Shown here piece by piece: positions 45,901-57,367 of a stretch of DNA of 64,000 bases; the stretch's first letter is position 1, and each line of letters starts with the position of its first letter. This DNA comes from Hormiphora californensis (taxonomy: Eukaryota; Animalia; Ctenophora). The stretch lies in assembly GCA_020137815.1 (NCBI GenBank), contig CM035351.1, forward strand, positions 744,001 to 808,000. Reading direction: 5' to 3'. The notes beneath the pieces were generated by a model that ran no database searches, was not told where the DNA came from, and saw nothing but the letters and a program-made list of their open reading frames with translations. The position numbers were made by a program, and so were the translations under genes.

Positions 45901-48900
45901 AACAATCAAACCCCCCCCCCCCCAAGGATTTGAACTCGGACAGTGTTGTTGAGCAGAGCATGGCTCTAACTGTTATCTGCCAGTTAATGGGCAATGAAAC
46001 AGTATCTATATTTCTTCCTATGATCGTCAGAAAACTTGCCCATCCCAAGTAAGTATCTGAGGGTGTGTGTGATCGGTTTATTTTGTTAATTCAGTATTCT
46101 TAAAACTCATTGGTTCGAAAATGGTAAACAGTAAAATTTTATTTTATAATGTTTCAGTTTCTTGAAAGGTCCAGGAAGAAGGTGTTTTGACATCCGTGTT
46201 GTTGTCATTAGCTGCATTAGCCGCATCATGGTTTCCTCGTTTAGGGTCCTGTTTCCTAGGGCTCCCCTATCAAACGCTTGTAGGGTAACTCCTATTCTTT
46301 TAGAAGTCTCGAAGCCTCTGCATTTCAGGAAAAGTTGTACCGCATTTTTTCCCTGCCCGGGTGATCTTTTTAGCACGCACGTGCTAAAAAGATCATTCAG
46401 GGTTTAGAAATCAGCAGATTGTGTAGTTAACTAAAAGTGTCCGTCCGTCCGTCCGTCACGGACAACGCCTAACAACAAGTCTGCTCCTTCATAAAACTTT
46501 CATCTCACGCTTCGTTGATTCAACAAAGGAAATGATTAACACACATTGTGGCGCGCAATTACTCGCTGATAGCACTTCCCACTATCACCTGAAATCACTT
46601 TGGGCGCCCTACAGCCATGTTATGAAGTGGTAAAACGTATTCCAAGCATGAAACTACTGTCACAACTCACACTATACTAGTGACTCGAGTTGAGATGCGG
46701 TTAAAGTTGAAGCACTTGGTAATCAACTGGGGTCTCCTAAGCAACTGCCTTGGTTGCCATAGCAACTGTCTTGGTTATCATAGCAACGGCTTTGGTTACC
46801 ATAGCAACTGCTTTGGTTACCATAGCAGCTTACCTAGTTACCTTAGTAACCAACATTGCATCAGCCAAAAAATGCTCTTTGGGCACAAAATTCATCAGGA
46901 AATCCAGTTTTTAAGCTTATTCATCAATTTTAAATCCATTTGTGGCAGGGAAACACCGCATTATGAATACATAATGCAATAATTCTTGTTGCTTGTCATC
47001 CTGTCGGCAGGTGCAGTGCGACGGAAATGGATTCCTTCCAGGTCCGCAATCCTGTAGCAGGTTTGCCTCGTCAGTAGTTCAGTTCGGAGGGCAAACCGTT
47101 CATTGTCAGTGCCTCCGCTACGTTCTCTGTTTTCTGCGAGTTTTCCTCTTCGCAGATAATCGTCAATCCGATCAAGATTTCGTGGTGCACCTGTTGTTGA
47201 AGGGTGGCGCAATCAAAAACTTGAGTTCTGGCATCCCAGAGTTTTCGGGGGCTAAACTCTATGTGTTCGGCGCCCTTGTTGGGAGTGCAAAGTTCATGTG
47301 GTATCCTCTGGTATTGTGAGGGATGGCTAGGGATTCCAGCGCAGTGTTTATCTCCCTAGTGTTGGCTTCCCTCAGTCGTCTTGGTAGTCGCTGTTGCTGC
47401 CTTTGTTGCTGCTGCTCTTGCCGATGTTGCTGGTTTCTCCATTGAAGAAAAAGTTCATACTCCGGATCCCGTATGTTGCTATTCCCTTGATCCTGTGCAA
47501 CACCATCTCCACTGGTGTTCCTCCTCTCAGTAGCATCCTCTCCACTGGTGTTCCTCCTCTCAGTAGCTTCATCTCCCCTGTTGGCCATCCTCTCGGCAGC
47601 TCCATCTCCACTGTCGCTGTTGTTGTTGCTCCTGCTGACGTTGTTGTTGCTTCCTCCATTGTATTATGAAGAGCTCATATCCCGTATCAGGCTCCACTTG
47701 TTGTAACGGGTTTCGATACGAGAACGACAAGAGAGATGGTGTGCGGAACCGAAGCTCCTGAACTCAATTTTAGTCAACCATAAATACCAAATCACTAGAC
47801 TAAACAATATCTTTAAACAACATGTTAAACATGTATACAGCTGATGCTGACGTGGGAACTCAGTTGTATCATATAGTATAACATTCACTTTCCTCCCAGA
47901 GAGATAATCAGGAAGAAAGCAGTTGATGTCATGTACCAGTTTCTATGTGAGATGCCTGACCAGCGACATGATGCCCACTATCAAAAGGCGCTCTGTGATC
48001 CTGATGCGGGGGTGATGGTGTCTGCCCTTCCCATCTACCTTAAACTTACCAGGGTTAGTGTGAACAGGAACTACAATGTCCATAAAATAGGATGGAAAAA
48101 GTTGCCAAAAAGCCCAAAAGTTTAACATCAACAATCCTTTGTTTATGACATCACATTTCCCCCAGGAGTTCCCCAAGGAGTATGTTCACATGACGAAGCC
48201 CTTCACTGATATCTTGACACAGATAGTGGAGGGACGACTACACAATAGTTTTAATTATCATACCTTCCCTGCTCCCTGGGCTCAGATCTACCTGCTTCAG
48301 ATATTGGAAAACGTGGGGAGAAACAATCAGGAGTAGGTTATGAATTGTATAGTTCCCATAGTTGTCCCATCCCCGTATCGGTAATACTTCATTGGAACAC
48401 GTGTTGCTATTTGAATTTCAAGCATCGCCTAGAAAACTGCTACCTCTTCCAGAGTCAGTAAGGGAATGGGTGAGGTTCTAACACCTCCCCCCCCCCTTCA
48501 GAGTTAGTAAAGGTATGGGTGAGGTGTTGCACATGGTGGTTGCTAGGGCCAGTGGCACCATGACAACGCCCCAAGCCAGCGATGCTGCCACTGCTGTCCT
48601 CTACCAAGTGTGCCTCACCATCCTATCAATATACCCTGACCAGGACCTGATACACCTCGTGACACGCAAAATAGATGGTAAGATAAACACAGTGCCACTA
48701 TATTGTTGAGACTCCCTCACACCATGTCGATTGGTATGAAAAGCTACCATATAGTTTTCAAGACCATGTGTAAAAACTTGTCTTGTTCAGACAGTGTAGA
48801 ATCTAAACACCCCCTTGCCCTGCAGAGTTTGTTAACAGTTCCAGTAACAAGGTCCACCTTGGCCTCCAGCTCCTGGAACGACTCTCCCAGACCCAGCCTC

Positions 48901-50868
48901 AGGTGACGGCAGCCCGGTTTCTGGACCAAGTCTACACCCTGACCCAACACACCTGCCCCATGGTCAGAGAGGGGGCAGTCCGGGTCCTGGGGGCGTCAGT
49001 TAGCAGCGATAATATTGAGAAGGTCACAGAGAACCTTCTGGCACTGATATCATCTCCAGACAGGTGGGAACATGAATCACAATGATTCCTACTACATTGA
49101 TTGGCTTAGAGGTTTTACTCCGTTCGCTACGGCTAAATGAGATAATTTATCCTTTATTCCCAGTTCGTGTGAATTGAAGGGTCTGTGTGGGGAAATACTG
49201 GTCCCTGATTGGCTGATAACCAGTCACGTGACCTAAATAACGAGTTCTGATTGGTTGTTTACCCCTAACCTTTATTCCCAGTTCGTGTGAATTGAAGGGT
49301 CTGTGTGGGGACGTGTTGGTTGAGGGTGGTCAGAGTTGTGCTCCCTCGGCCCACTGGTACGTGACAATGCTCCTCAAGATCCTGGACCTCTCCTCAGGAC
49401 CTGAGTCTACTGAGAAAATAATTAACACGTGAGTGATGGGAACCAGCTGGTATTTCTCGGAATGGGACCGGGAATGTTTGGGAGGTGGGAATTTGTGTCC
49501 AAATTACAACGTTCCACAGCTTCACATAACAAACCCCTACTACCCCCACTAGGTTGATAGACTACTGTAGTAGGACAGATGAAGTTGAAGCTAAGAGGGT
49601 AGTCCAGGATGCAGCTACAGCCACCACAGACCCTACATCCCCTAAAGCATGGTTGAGCCTCTGGGCCCTGGGTCACTATAGCCAGGAGTTCAGCGAGGCA
49701 GGGGTATGGGCTGGGCAGATAGAGGCACTATCAGGCAGTCAGAGGAAGTGTTTCCTAAATAGTCTGCTGCTGATGGTGAACAGAGTTGGGCCCTTGCCAG
49801 CGGATATTCTGGGGGTTGTAAAGCCGTATTGTAGTGATCCATGCCCCTTTCTAAGACAACTAGCTAGAGAGGTGGTAGCGCTGTCCAGTATAGCAGAGAT
49901 GGAGGGACCCATGCAGGGATCTAGTGACGTAAGTACTGGTACCACTACATCATGTTAACAGTTACCACTATAACACCATGTTAATCTTAAATGTTGTCTA
50001 ATTTTCACACACTTCCGGTAGCTACCTTCATGTCAAATTCATCTCACATTCGCATCGATACAAAGCTGTATTCCCATTTCAGCCAGTTGGGGAGTTGATG
50101 GCACAGTTGGCAGGAAGGACAGACGTTGCAACGAACAACACTGCCCACAAACAACTGCTACAAAAGTTCAGAAAACGTGTCACAGTCATTTCAGATGGTA
50201 ATAACACTTGTTGAGTAAGGGGGAACAACAAAATATTAATAATAATAACATGGAGGGCGGTGGACCGTTCGACTTCAGGGGCTGGGGAATATACATAATC
50301 ACATGTGTAAACGCACATACTGACTGTATCTACACAGACACTAACCGTACCGTCGTTGCTGTGTTTTTGCAAATCAGATGTCTTGTCTTGCCCCCTCCCC
50401 GTCTTGCCCCCTCCCCGCCTTGCCACACATCACTACTATCTCTCCCTTTGCAGATGCGTTCTATGATCTGGTGCCGGTCGAGGCATCCCCTGCTAAAGTG
50501 CTACCAGGCAACACCAACCCCACGACTGGGGGTGGGAACAAGGGGTCAGGAGGGGATCAGGGTAAGGGGACATCCCAATCTTGGGTCAGTTACCATGAAC
50601 ACATTCCGGAGGAGACGGGCAGCTCGGAGAAACCTGAACCCCCACTGTAAGTAACTGGGTTAATTAATTAATTTTATTAGTTGAGGTGCTAATTGGGTTA
50701 ATTAGTTGGCTACTAATTGGGATAATTAGTTGGCTGCAGTTTTGATTTTGAGCTCATATTTTCAACAATTTCAGGTCTCAGCCGGCTTTCCAGACGGTAA
50801 GGAAGTGGGGCTCACCCTCTCCCTATAATACTCAACGGACAATTAATCCGGGGGCACCACTTTGTTGA
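42981..50868 (+). CDS. AP4E1: AP-4 complex subunit epsilon (multi-exon; no appendage domain seen)
   Basis: LIYIHMLGYDATFG...KRVG|YL, EIIRKKAV, ALCDPDAGVM, FNYHTFPAPWAQIYLLQIL, LWALGHYS; consistent GT-AG exon chain. Confidence 0.88.
43770..45577. mobile_element. Foldback/palindromic element with arms of about 450 bp in an AP4E1 intron
   Basis: 43800-44230 is the reverse complement of 44290-44487 + 45329-45559. Confidence 0.85.
44488..45320. mobile_element. 833-bp hAT-like MITE nested in the foldback arm
   Basis: TIR TAGGGTGTGCTATTT...AAATAGCACACCCTA; 8-bp TSD GCGTCTAC. Confidence 0.9.
46345..46990 (+). mobile_element. Helentron-associated non-autonomous element (HINE/DINE-1-like), copy 1
   Basis: T-run start; subterminal IR TTCCCTGCC/GGCAGGGAA; (GTCC)n; 3' hairpin GCATTATG-AATA-CATAATGC; ends in TT. 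Confidence 0.75.
49192..49262. mobile_element. Internal fragment of MITE family A
   Basis: GAAATACTGGTCCCTGATTGGCTGATAACCAGTCACGTGACCTAAATAACGAG; no TIRs. Confidence 0.8.
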
Positions 50869-51227
50869 CCAGTTGTGTTTGTCATGACCCTTCTCGGTGT
50901 GAGGGTCGAGCAATATAACTTGTAGTTGAGAGATAGTTGAATAGTTTTATCGTTTACGTGAGAGGAATGTGGGAAGAAACTGCAATAAATCGGGCCGGCG
51001 TGAGAATACTTGGGAATAGCCCCGCGTTGTCCTTGTAAAGAGAGCTGTATGGCGGCGCCCCATTTGATTCTCAAAGTGCGCTCAGATGGATGGGGGGGGG
51101 TCGCGGCGCCAGACAGGAAGAGAGATAAAGTGTGTGTGTGTATTATACAGTATGTGTGCCTGTGATTGATTCATTTCGTTTCTTTGCTGTTTTGATTTTT
51201 TTGCAAACCACCCTGTATTTTTCTTCC

Positions 51228-51378
51228 CCTTACCCCATCCTGTGTTACCCTACAGCGCCCTTACCCCATCCTGTGTTACCCTACAGCGCCCTTACCCCAT
51301 CCTGTGTTACCCTACAGCGCCCTTACCCCATCCTGTGTTACCCAACAGCGCCCTTACCCCATCCTGTGTTACCCTACC
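51228..51378. repeat. 31-bp tandem repeat, about 5 copies
   Basis: CCTTACCCCATCCTGTGTTACCCTACAGCGC. Confidence 0.9.
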
Positions 51379-51546
51379 CTCACTAACTTCCCTATGCTAG
51401 GGTAGCAAAATACAAGGAAGTAGCATTGCTACCTCCCTGTATTTCCCTACCCTCGCCAACTCCCCCTACCCTACCTCTTCTATCTCTACTAGTCTCTCCT
51501 TACCCCGACTCTGTTACCCCGCCCTGTGTTTCCTGCCTCTCTTCTA

Positions 51547-51630
<84 letters not shown>

Positions 51631-51662
51631 TCTCCCACTCTCTCTCTCTCTATTTAGCAGCA

Positions 51663-54441
51663 ATGACCGTGTGGCAGTTTTACAGAAACACAACACTGGG
51701 TCAGTGTCTGGAGGATTCTCTTGACGAGATGATACAGGTAATTAAAAAGGACGGGGTCACATGTGGGCATCAGGCCTCGCCCCAAGCCGCAAGCGGTCCA
51801 CAACACGCACCACGCGGATTCCCGAATCGCAAATTTAACCGAGAAATTTTTCCCGAATCGCAAATTTAACCGAGAAATTTTTCCCGAATCGCAAATTTAA
51901 CCGAGAAAATTTTACCAAATTGTAAATTTAACCGAGAAAATTTTCACGAATCGTAAATTTAACTCAGAAAGTTTTCCCAAATCGCAAATTTAACCGAGAA
52001 CATTTTTCCAAATCGTAAATTTAACCGAAAATTTTTTCCTAATCGTAAATTTAACCGAGAAATTTTTCCAAATCGTAAATTTAACCGAGAACATTTTTCC
52101 AAATCGTAAATTTAACCGAGAAAATTTTCACGAATCGTAAATGTATCCTTAAAATTTTGCCGAATCGCAAATTCAACCGAAAAAATTTTGCCGAATTGCA
52201 AATTTAACCGAGAAAATTTTCCTGAATCGCAAATTTAACCGAGAAAATTTTCACGAATCGCAAACTTAACCGATAAAAATTTTGCCGAATCGCAAATTTT
52301 ACTGAGAAAATTTTCACGAATAGCAAATGAATCCCATAAATTTTCCTGAATCGCAAACTTAACCGAAAAATTTTTGCCGAATCGCAAATTTTTACCGAGA
52401 AAATTTTCACGAATTGCAAACTTAAGCGAGAAATTTTTCACGATGACGAATCGCAAAATTAACCGAAAATATTTTCACGAATCGTAAATTTAACTGAGAA
52501 AATTTTCACGAATCGCAAAATTAAGCGGGAAAATTTTCCTGACTCGTAAATTTTACCGGGGAAAAGTTTTACAAATCGCAAATTTAACCGAGAAAATTTT
52601 CCCGAATCGCAAAATTAACCGAGAATATTTATTGCTTTACTAGTAGGCCCGTTCGCCCTACGGGCGAATTTCGGGGAAATGGTAGCTGGATTAGGGAACG
52701 CTGACATCACCTGCACCATCCGTTCCTAGCCTATCTCTCACTTTCTCCCTACCCATGTATTTCTATATTCGACTGGAGTAATCACCCTTGGGCGACGTTG
52801 GGTAAAGCTATCCGTAGTCGTTGATTGGCTCGCTTCAACACGTTGGCGTAATCTGTCATATTCTCTAGTCTCTCTGACAGCAGCAGATCTTCTGGACCCA
52901 TATAACCGTTGCCGAATAGCGCTTCGGGTGGAAGAGCTAGACATCAGGACAGAAGTAAAAGAATGCACGTGCAGAATTGAATTTCCCCTTGGTACCCAAC
53001 TGCAACCGGGAGAGAGATCTCCAGGTCCCTCTAATAATTGCACGTGCAAGTGTAGTTGCTAGGTGATCTCTGTCACACAATTTGCTTAGTAAGTAGTATG
53101 ATTCCTTCTTCATAGTCAGGACCACCGAGAAATAGTACCAAATTACTGTTTTGCAGATCTTCTCACATGTTTAAACGGCTCTAATTATATAACTACAAAA
53201 GATAGAAACTATTCCAAAGTTGAGACTGCAAATTTCAAGATGATCCAAGCACTCCTTCCGTGGGCACGACCGTGCACCAATAGTGGTCCTGACTATCAGA
53301 GCCAACCCTTTTCAGAACCTCCTCTAATTGATATCTCTCCCTCTGTTTCAGAACCTCCTCTAATTGATATCTCTCCCTCTGTTTCAGAACCTCCTCTAAT
53401 TGATATCTCTCCCTCTGTTTCAGAACCAGCAGATAACTCCGACAGCTAAGCAGCAGGTTCTATTGCAGTTCGATAAGGCCATCAGTACTACTCTCTCACA
53501 GCGGGTTAAAAACAAAGTAACATTCAAGGTACATAACCAGGAACCGACCGAATCAGGAAATACTGGTCCCTGATTGGCTGATAACCAGTAACGTGACCTA
53601 AATAACGAGTTCTGATTGGTTGTTTACTTGTTTCGGTCGGTTCCTATACATAACACTGCCTCAATGTTACTAGTCACTGCCGAACTAGTTAACACACTAG
53701 TTCGGACGCTAAGGTCCTGCAGATACAACGTCTGTGTTGGTCGAATTGATTGAATTGGTTATTCCAAATTCCAATTGATATATATATATGCAATATGCAT
53801 TCCTCCCAATTACTACACAACTCAACATCTCCTGCCCAGGGCTGTATCAAGGTTGTCTAACTGATCTATATCTCCTCCATGCAGGGTTGTATCAAGATGT
53901 ACCCTCCCCTTGTCGAGTAATGTTATCCCCATTCCCTCCCAGGGCTGTATCAAGGTTGTCTAATTGATCTATATCTCCTTCCCAGGGTTGTATCAAGATG
54001 TACCGGTACTGCGACAATGTTTGGACCTTCCTGATGACCAACACAGAGTTCAGGGATGCTAATGACGGGTTCAGGGCTGACAGTGTCAAAATAGTAGCAT
54101 GTGATGGAAGTGAGTTAATAATCAGGGGGGGGGGGAGAAGGGGAGAAGGGGAGGGCTGACAGTGTCAAAATAGTTTGATTTATAACGGGGGGGGGGGGGG
54201 GGTATTATACTGGGAGTGGGTCTACTCTTGGGGGAGGGGTATTACCCTCCTTTTTGGTTTAAGTGGTCCTGTACATACCAGGAACCGACCTAATCAGGAA
54301 ATACTGGTTAGTGGTTCCTGATTGGCTGATAACCAGTCACGTGACCTAAATAACGAGTTCTGATTGGTTGTTTACTTGTTTCAGTGGTCCTGTACCTAAC
54401 CCTCATCCTCTTTTTCAGCTAAGCCACCGGGAGAGAAGTGA
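51663..54441 (+). CDS. GTF2A2: TFIIA gamma subunit, 4 exons
   Basis: [19 protein letters not shown] | QITP...VLLQFDKAI...RVKNKVTFK | [10 protein letters not shown]...VKIVACDG | TKPPGEK-stop. Confidence 0.95.
51820..52625. repeat. About 29-bp satellite array
   Basis: Unit similar to CGAATCGCAAATTTAACCGAGAAAATTTTC. Confidence 0.93.
52640..52676 (-). mobile_element. Helitron-like 3' terminus
   Basis: Hairpin TTCGCCC-GTA-GGGCGAA 8 nt before CTAG followed by T (minus strand). Confidence 0.55.
53538..53646. mobile_element. MITE family A copy
   Basis: 109 bp; TSD TACATAAC. Confidence 0.9.
54280..54383. mobile_element. MITE family A, one end missing
   Basis: Left TIR and core present; flanked by duplicated AGTGGTCCTGTAC. 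Confidence 0.8.
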
Positions 54442-54634
54442 AGTATCTCAAACAAGTGGGTACAAGTGGATATAAGACGCCGTGGACAAAACCATGGAAT
54501 GGGACAGAGACTGTGAACTGTAATATGATGCTGTATAAACAATAAATCGAGACCCTGTTATTGAGGTTCACAGACACTGAGTCAGATCGAGTGTGTGGAG
54601 ATGTCAGTTTGAGGGTGTTGTGTGACTATTATTA

Positions 54635-55061
54635 TTTTTTTCCCTGCCCGGGTGGATGCCCGAAGGGCATCCACCCGGATGATCGTTTTAGCACGTGTGC
54701 TAAAAAGATCATAAAGGGTTTAGAAATCTCGGATTTGAAATAGTAACTCGAGCGTGGTCAAAATCGCGTGTGTCACGGTAGCAGCATAGTAACTGCTCCT
54801 TCATAAAATCAAATAACTGTTTTGATGAAATATGATGTCAGGACGCTTATTTTTCAAAGCTGTGCGCGGCGCTCACAACACTGTTGCTGAAGGGGTGAGG
54901 GTAGAGTAAAACAGCTGTGTAACTGCATATACATACAGGACGCATGCATCTCACATTGTGACCAAGCCTTGATATTGTGATACTGATAGTGTGATACTGA
55001 TCCTGTCGACGGAGGGCAGGGAAACACCGCATTATGAATACATAATGCAATAATTCTTGTT
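54635..55061 (+). mobile_element. HINE/DINE-1-like element, copy 2
   Basis: Same termini, subterminal IR and 3' hairpin as 46345-46990; different middle. Confidence 0.75.
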
Positions 55062-55180
55062 CGAAGGAGAAAATTGTATCGAGAGACCCTGTTATTGAGG
55101 TTCACAGACACTGTTGATTCAGGTTGAGTGTGTGGAGATGAACTGTCAGTTTGTTTGTGGGTGGGTGTGTGACTATTAGG

Positions 55181-55325
55181 GACCAGTTACAAAATTTGAA
55201 ACTGATGTCAGTTTCAATTTTGCAACTATACCAAACACAAAATTTGAAACTGATGTCAGTTTCAATTTTGCAACTAGACCAGTTACAAAATTTGAAACTG
55301 ATGTCAGTTTCAATTTTGTAACTGG
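55181..55325. repeat. 42-bp tandem repeat x3 with palindromic unit
   Basis: CAAAATTTGAAACTGATGTCAGTTTCAATTTTG. Confidence 0.85.
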
Positions 55326-55544
55326 AGCGAAATTGTTTGTTCGAAGGAGAAAGAAAGACTTGAATAAATTCACGTTAAATTAAGTTATACCCAGTTTAAA
55401 ACACCGCCTTTAACAACTTTGTCTCGGGGGAAGACAGTGTGTGGGACATATCACATCAGTTGCAAGGGAGCCCTTCACGGGGTAACAGTGTTAACTAACA
55501 GTGTTACTAACACATACATATCACATCACAGTGTTAGTAGATTA

Positions 55545-55780
55545 CTGTTCATTCTGGTATCTCGTCCTCTCTCCATTCTATCTGCAGTACTGGTGCTCCT
55601 GTCCTCATTGTTCATTCTGGCATCTCGTCCTCTCTCCATTCTATCTGTACTGGTGCTCCTGTCCTCACTGTTCATTCTGGCATCTCGTCCTCTCTCCATT
55701 CTATCTGTACTGGTGCTCCTGTCCTCACTGTTCATTCTGGCATCTCGTCCTCTCTCCATTCTATCTGTACTGGTGCTCCA
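55545..55780 (-). repeat. 60-bp tandem repeat x4 overlapping the end of the dehydrogenase CDS
   Basis: Each unit encodes GAPVQIEWREDE(M/I)PE-stop (one unit has a 3-bp insertion). Confidence 0.9.
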
Positions 55781-56844
55781 ATCCTCACAGACTCTTTACA
55801 TGCAGCCACTACCTTAGCCACAGCAAGGGTCTCTGTCCCAGTCACCCCAACCTCCTTCACTCCCCTGACCACCCCTGCAAAGTGCTCCAATTGACGGGTA
55901 AACGCAGCATCATAATGTGATGGGAAGGAGTAGTGGAGGGGAGATGTCCTACTGCCCATAGCATCGTGTATAGTGAGGTTGTTGGGTCTGTTGTGTCCAC
56001 ATTGCACCATCCCACCAGGCCCAAATACCTCCAATCTCTGATCGTACCCATAACTGCAGTATCGATCCAGTTCAATTGTCCCCACACCCCCTCCTGACCT
56101 CCACTTTAGCACAATTAACACACTATCCAGGTCGTTATGGGCAGCAAACTCAGGGATATGGGCTGTACCCGTCACATACACCTCTCTAGGTACATCACCC
56201 ACCACCCAGCACTGCAGGTCGATGTCATGGACAGCAAAGTCATCAAATACCCCACCGGAAGGCCCAATGTAGGATAGGGGTATGAGGGGACTGTCTCTAC
56301 TGACAGACCGGATGGAGTGAACTGGACCCACCTGGCCTGCCCGAACCTGCCTCTGGATGGTAGCGTAGGAAGGGTCAAATCTGCGGTTGAAGGCACAAAA
56401 CAAGGGTAGTTTTAGTTCGGCTGCCAGGGTATAACACTCCTTTGTTTTGTTCATATCACGTGATATTGGTTTCTCACAGAAGACAGCTTTACCAGCTCTG
56501 AGGGACTGTGTTATAAGATGAACATGAGAGTCAGTACTGGTCGCTATGACAACCCCCTCCACAACATCATCCCCTAGACACTCACCCACATCCACTGTCA
56601 CACGGACTGATCCAGGGATACCATACCGTGCCCTGATATCGTCAGGGCTCTGTCGGGGGGATAGGACAACATGAGTTAGACGGAGTGTCGGTATTGCCAT
56701 GATCTTCCTCAGATACATGACTCCTATCCGACCCAGGCCAATGAGAGCCACTGGGACAGGAGGGCTGCTGGAGGGTGGAGCAGCAGGGGTTGTTGGGCTG
56801 GCGTGGTATGGGGAGATTGGGCTCTTGTATTGTATTGTTGCCAT
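55732..56844 (-). CDS. myo-inositol 2-dehydrogenase-like Gfo/Idh/MocA oxidoreductase, intronless
   Basis: VALIGLGRIG, AVFCEKP, FNRRFDP, DFAVHDID, YGYDQRLEVFG. Confidence 0.9.
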   Translation of the reverse strand: MATIQYKSPISPYHASPTTPAAPPSSSPPVPVALIGLGRIGVMYLRKIMAIPTLRLTHVVLSPRQSPDDIRARYGIPGSVRVTVDVGECLGDDVVEGVVIATSTDSHVHLITQSLRAGKAVFCEKPISRDMNKTKECYTLAAELKLPLFCAFNRRFDPSYATIQRQVRAGQVGPVHSIRSVSRDSPLIPLSYIGPSGGVFDDFAVHDIDLQCWVVGDVPREVYVTGTAHIPEFAAHNDLDSVLIVLKWRSGGGVGTIELDRYCSYGYDQRLEVFGPGGMVQCGHNRPNNLTIHDAMGSRTSPLHYSFPSHYDAAFTRQLEHFAGVVRGVKEVGVTGTETLAVAKVVAACKESVRIGAPVQIEWREDEMPE

Positions 56845-56979
56845 GGCTATATAAAACACGTGGTTTTAGGTTGGTAGGGCCGGGGGAGTATCTGGTGTTT
56901 GGGGTCAGGCAGGTAAACAGAACAGATCAGTAGCCGTTCTGCGAGCAGTGGGTTGAGTTCAGGGGTTGAGTTCAAAATA

Positions 56980-57073
56980 TATCAGGCTTGCCATTCTTTC
57001 GTTGCGAAGCATCGTGCGGTTTTGCGAATAAGAACCGGCGTATTGGTAGTGTAAGTGAATGGCAAACCTGATA
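56980..57073. repeat. Short inverted-repeat element
   Basis: TATCAGGCTTGCCATTC...GAATGGCAAACCTGATA. Confidence 0.65.
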
Positions 57074-57367
57074 GTTTTAATTGGAAACAAAGATCTGAAA
57101 GATGGAACCAAATATAATCCTCGCACAACAATGATTACAGATCAGATTTTAACGAAAGAGAAAGAGATCTTAAAATGATCTAATCATGCACATTACTGAC
57201 ATCACTCATCATCTTGAACACATTTTATCCACAACAACAATTCCCAAATGACGGCTCAGTAGACAGATGAGAGTATTATATTGAGAGATTCAGCAGCTGA
57301 TAACTAAGGTTAACACTTGTTAACACACCCCTTACTCAACATGAGGTTAACACACACTACTCTCCCC

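Noticed and set aside
46990-47760. Minus-strand ORFs in an AP4E1 intron
   Set aside because: Short, frameshifted and without a recognisable motif; probably a decayed element, not assignable.
55732-56844. Horizontal transfer of a bacterial iolG
   Set aside because: Intronless genes are common in this window, composition matches the neighbours, and Gfo/Idh/MocA homologues exist in eukaryotes; it cannot be supported without a phylogeny.
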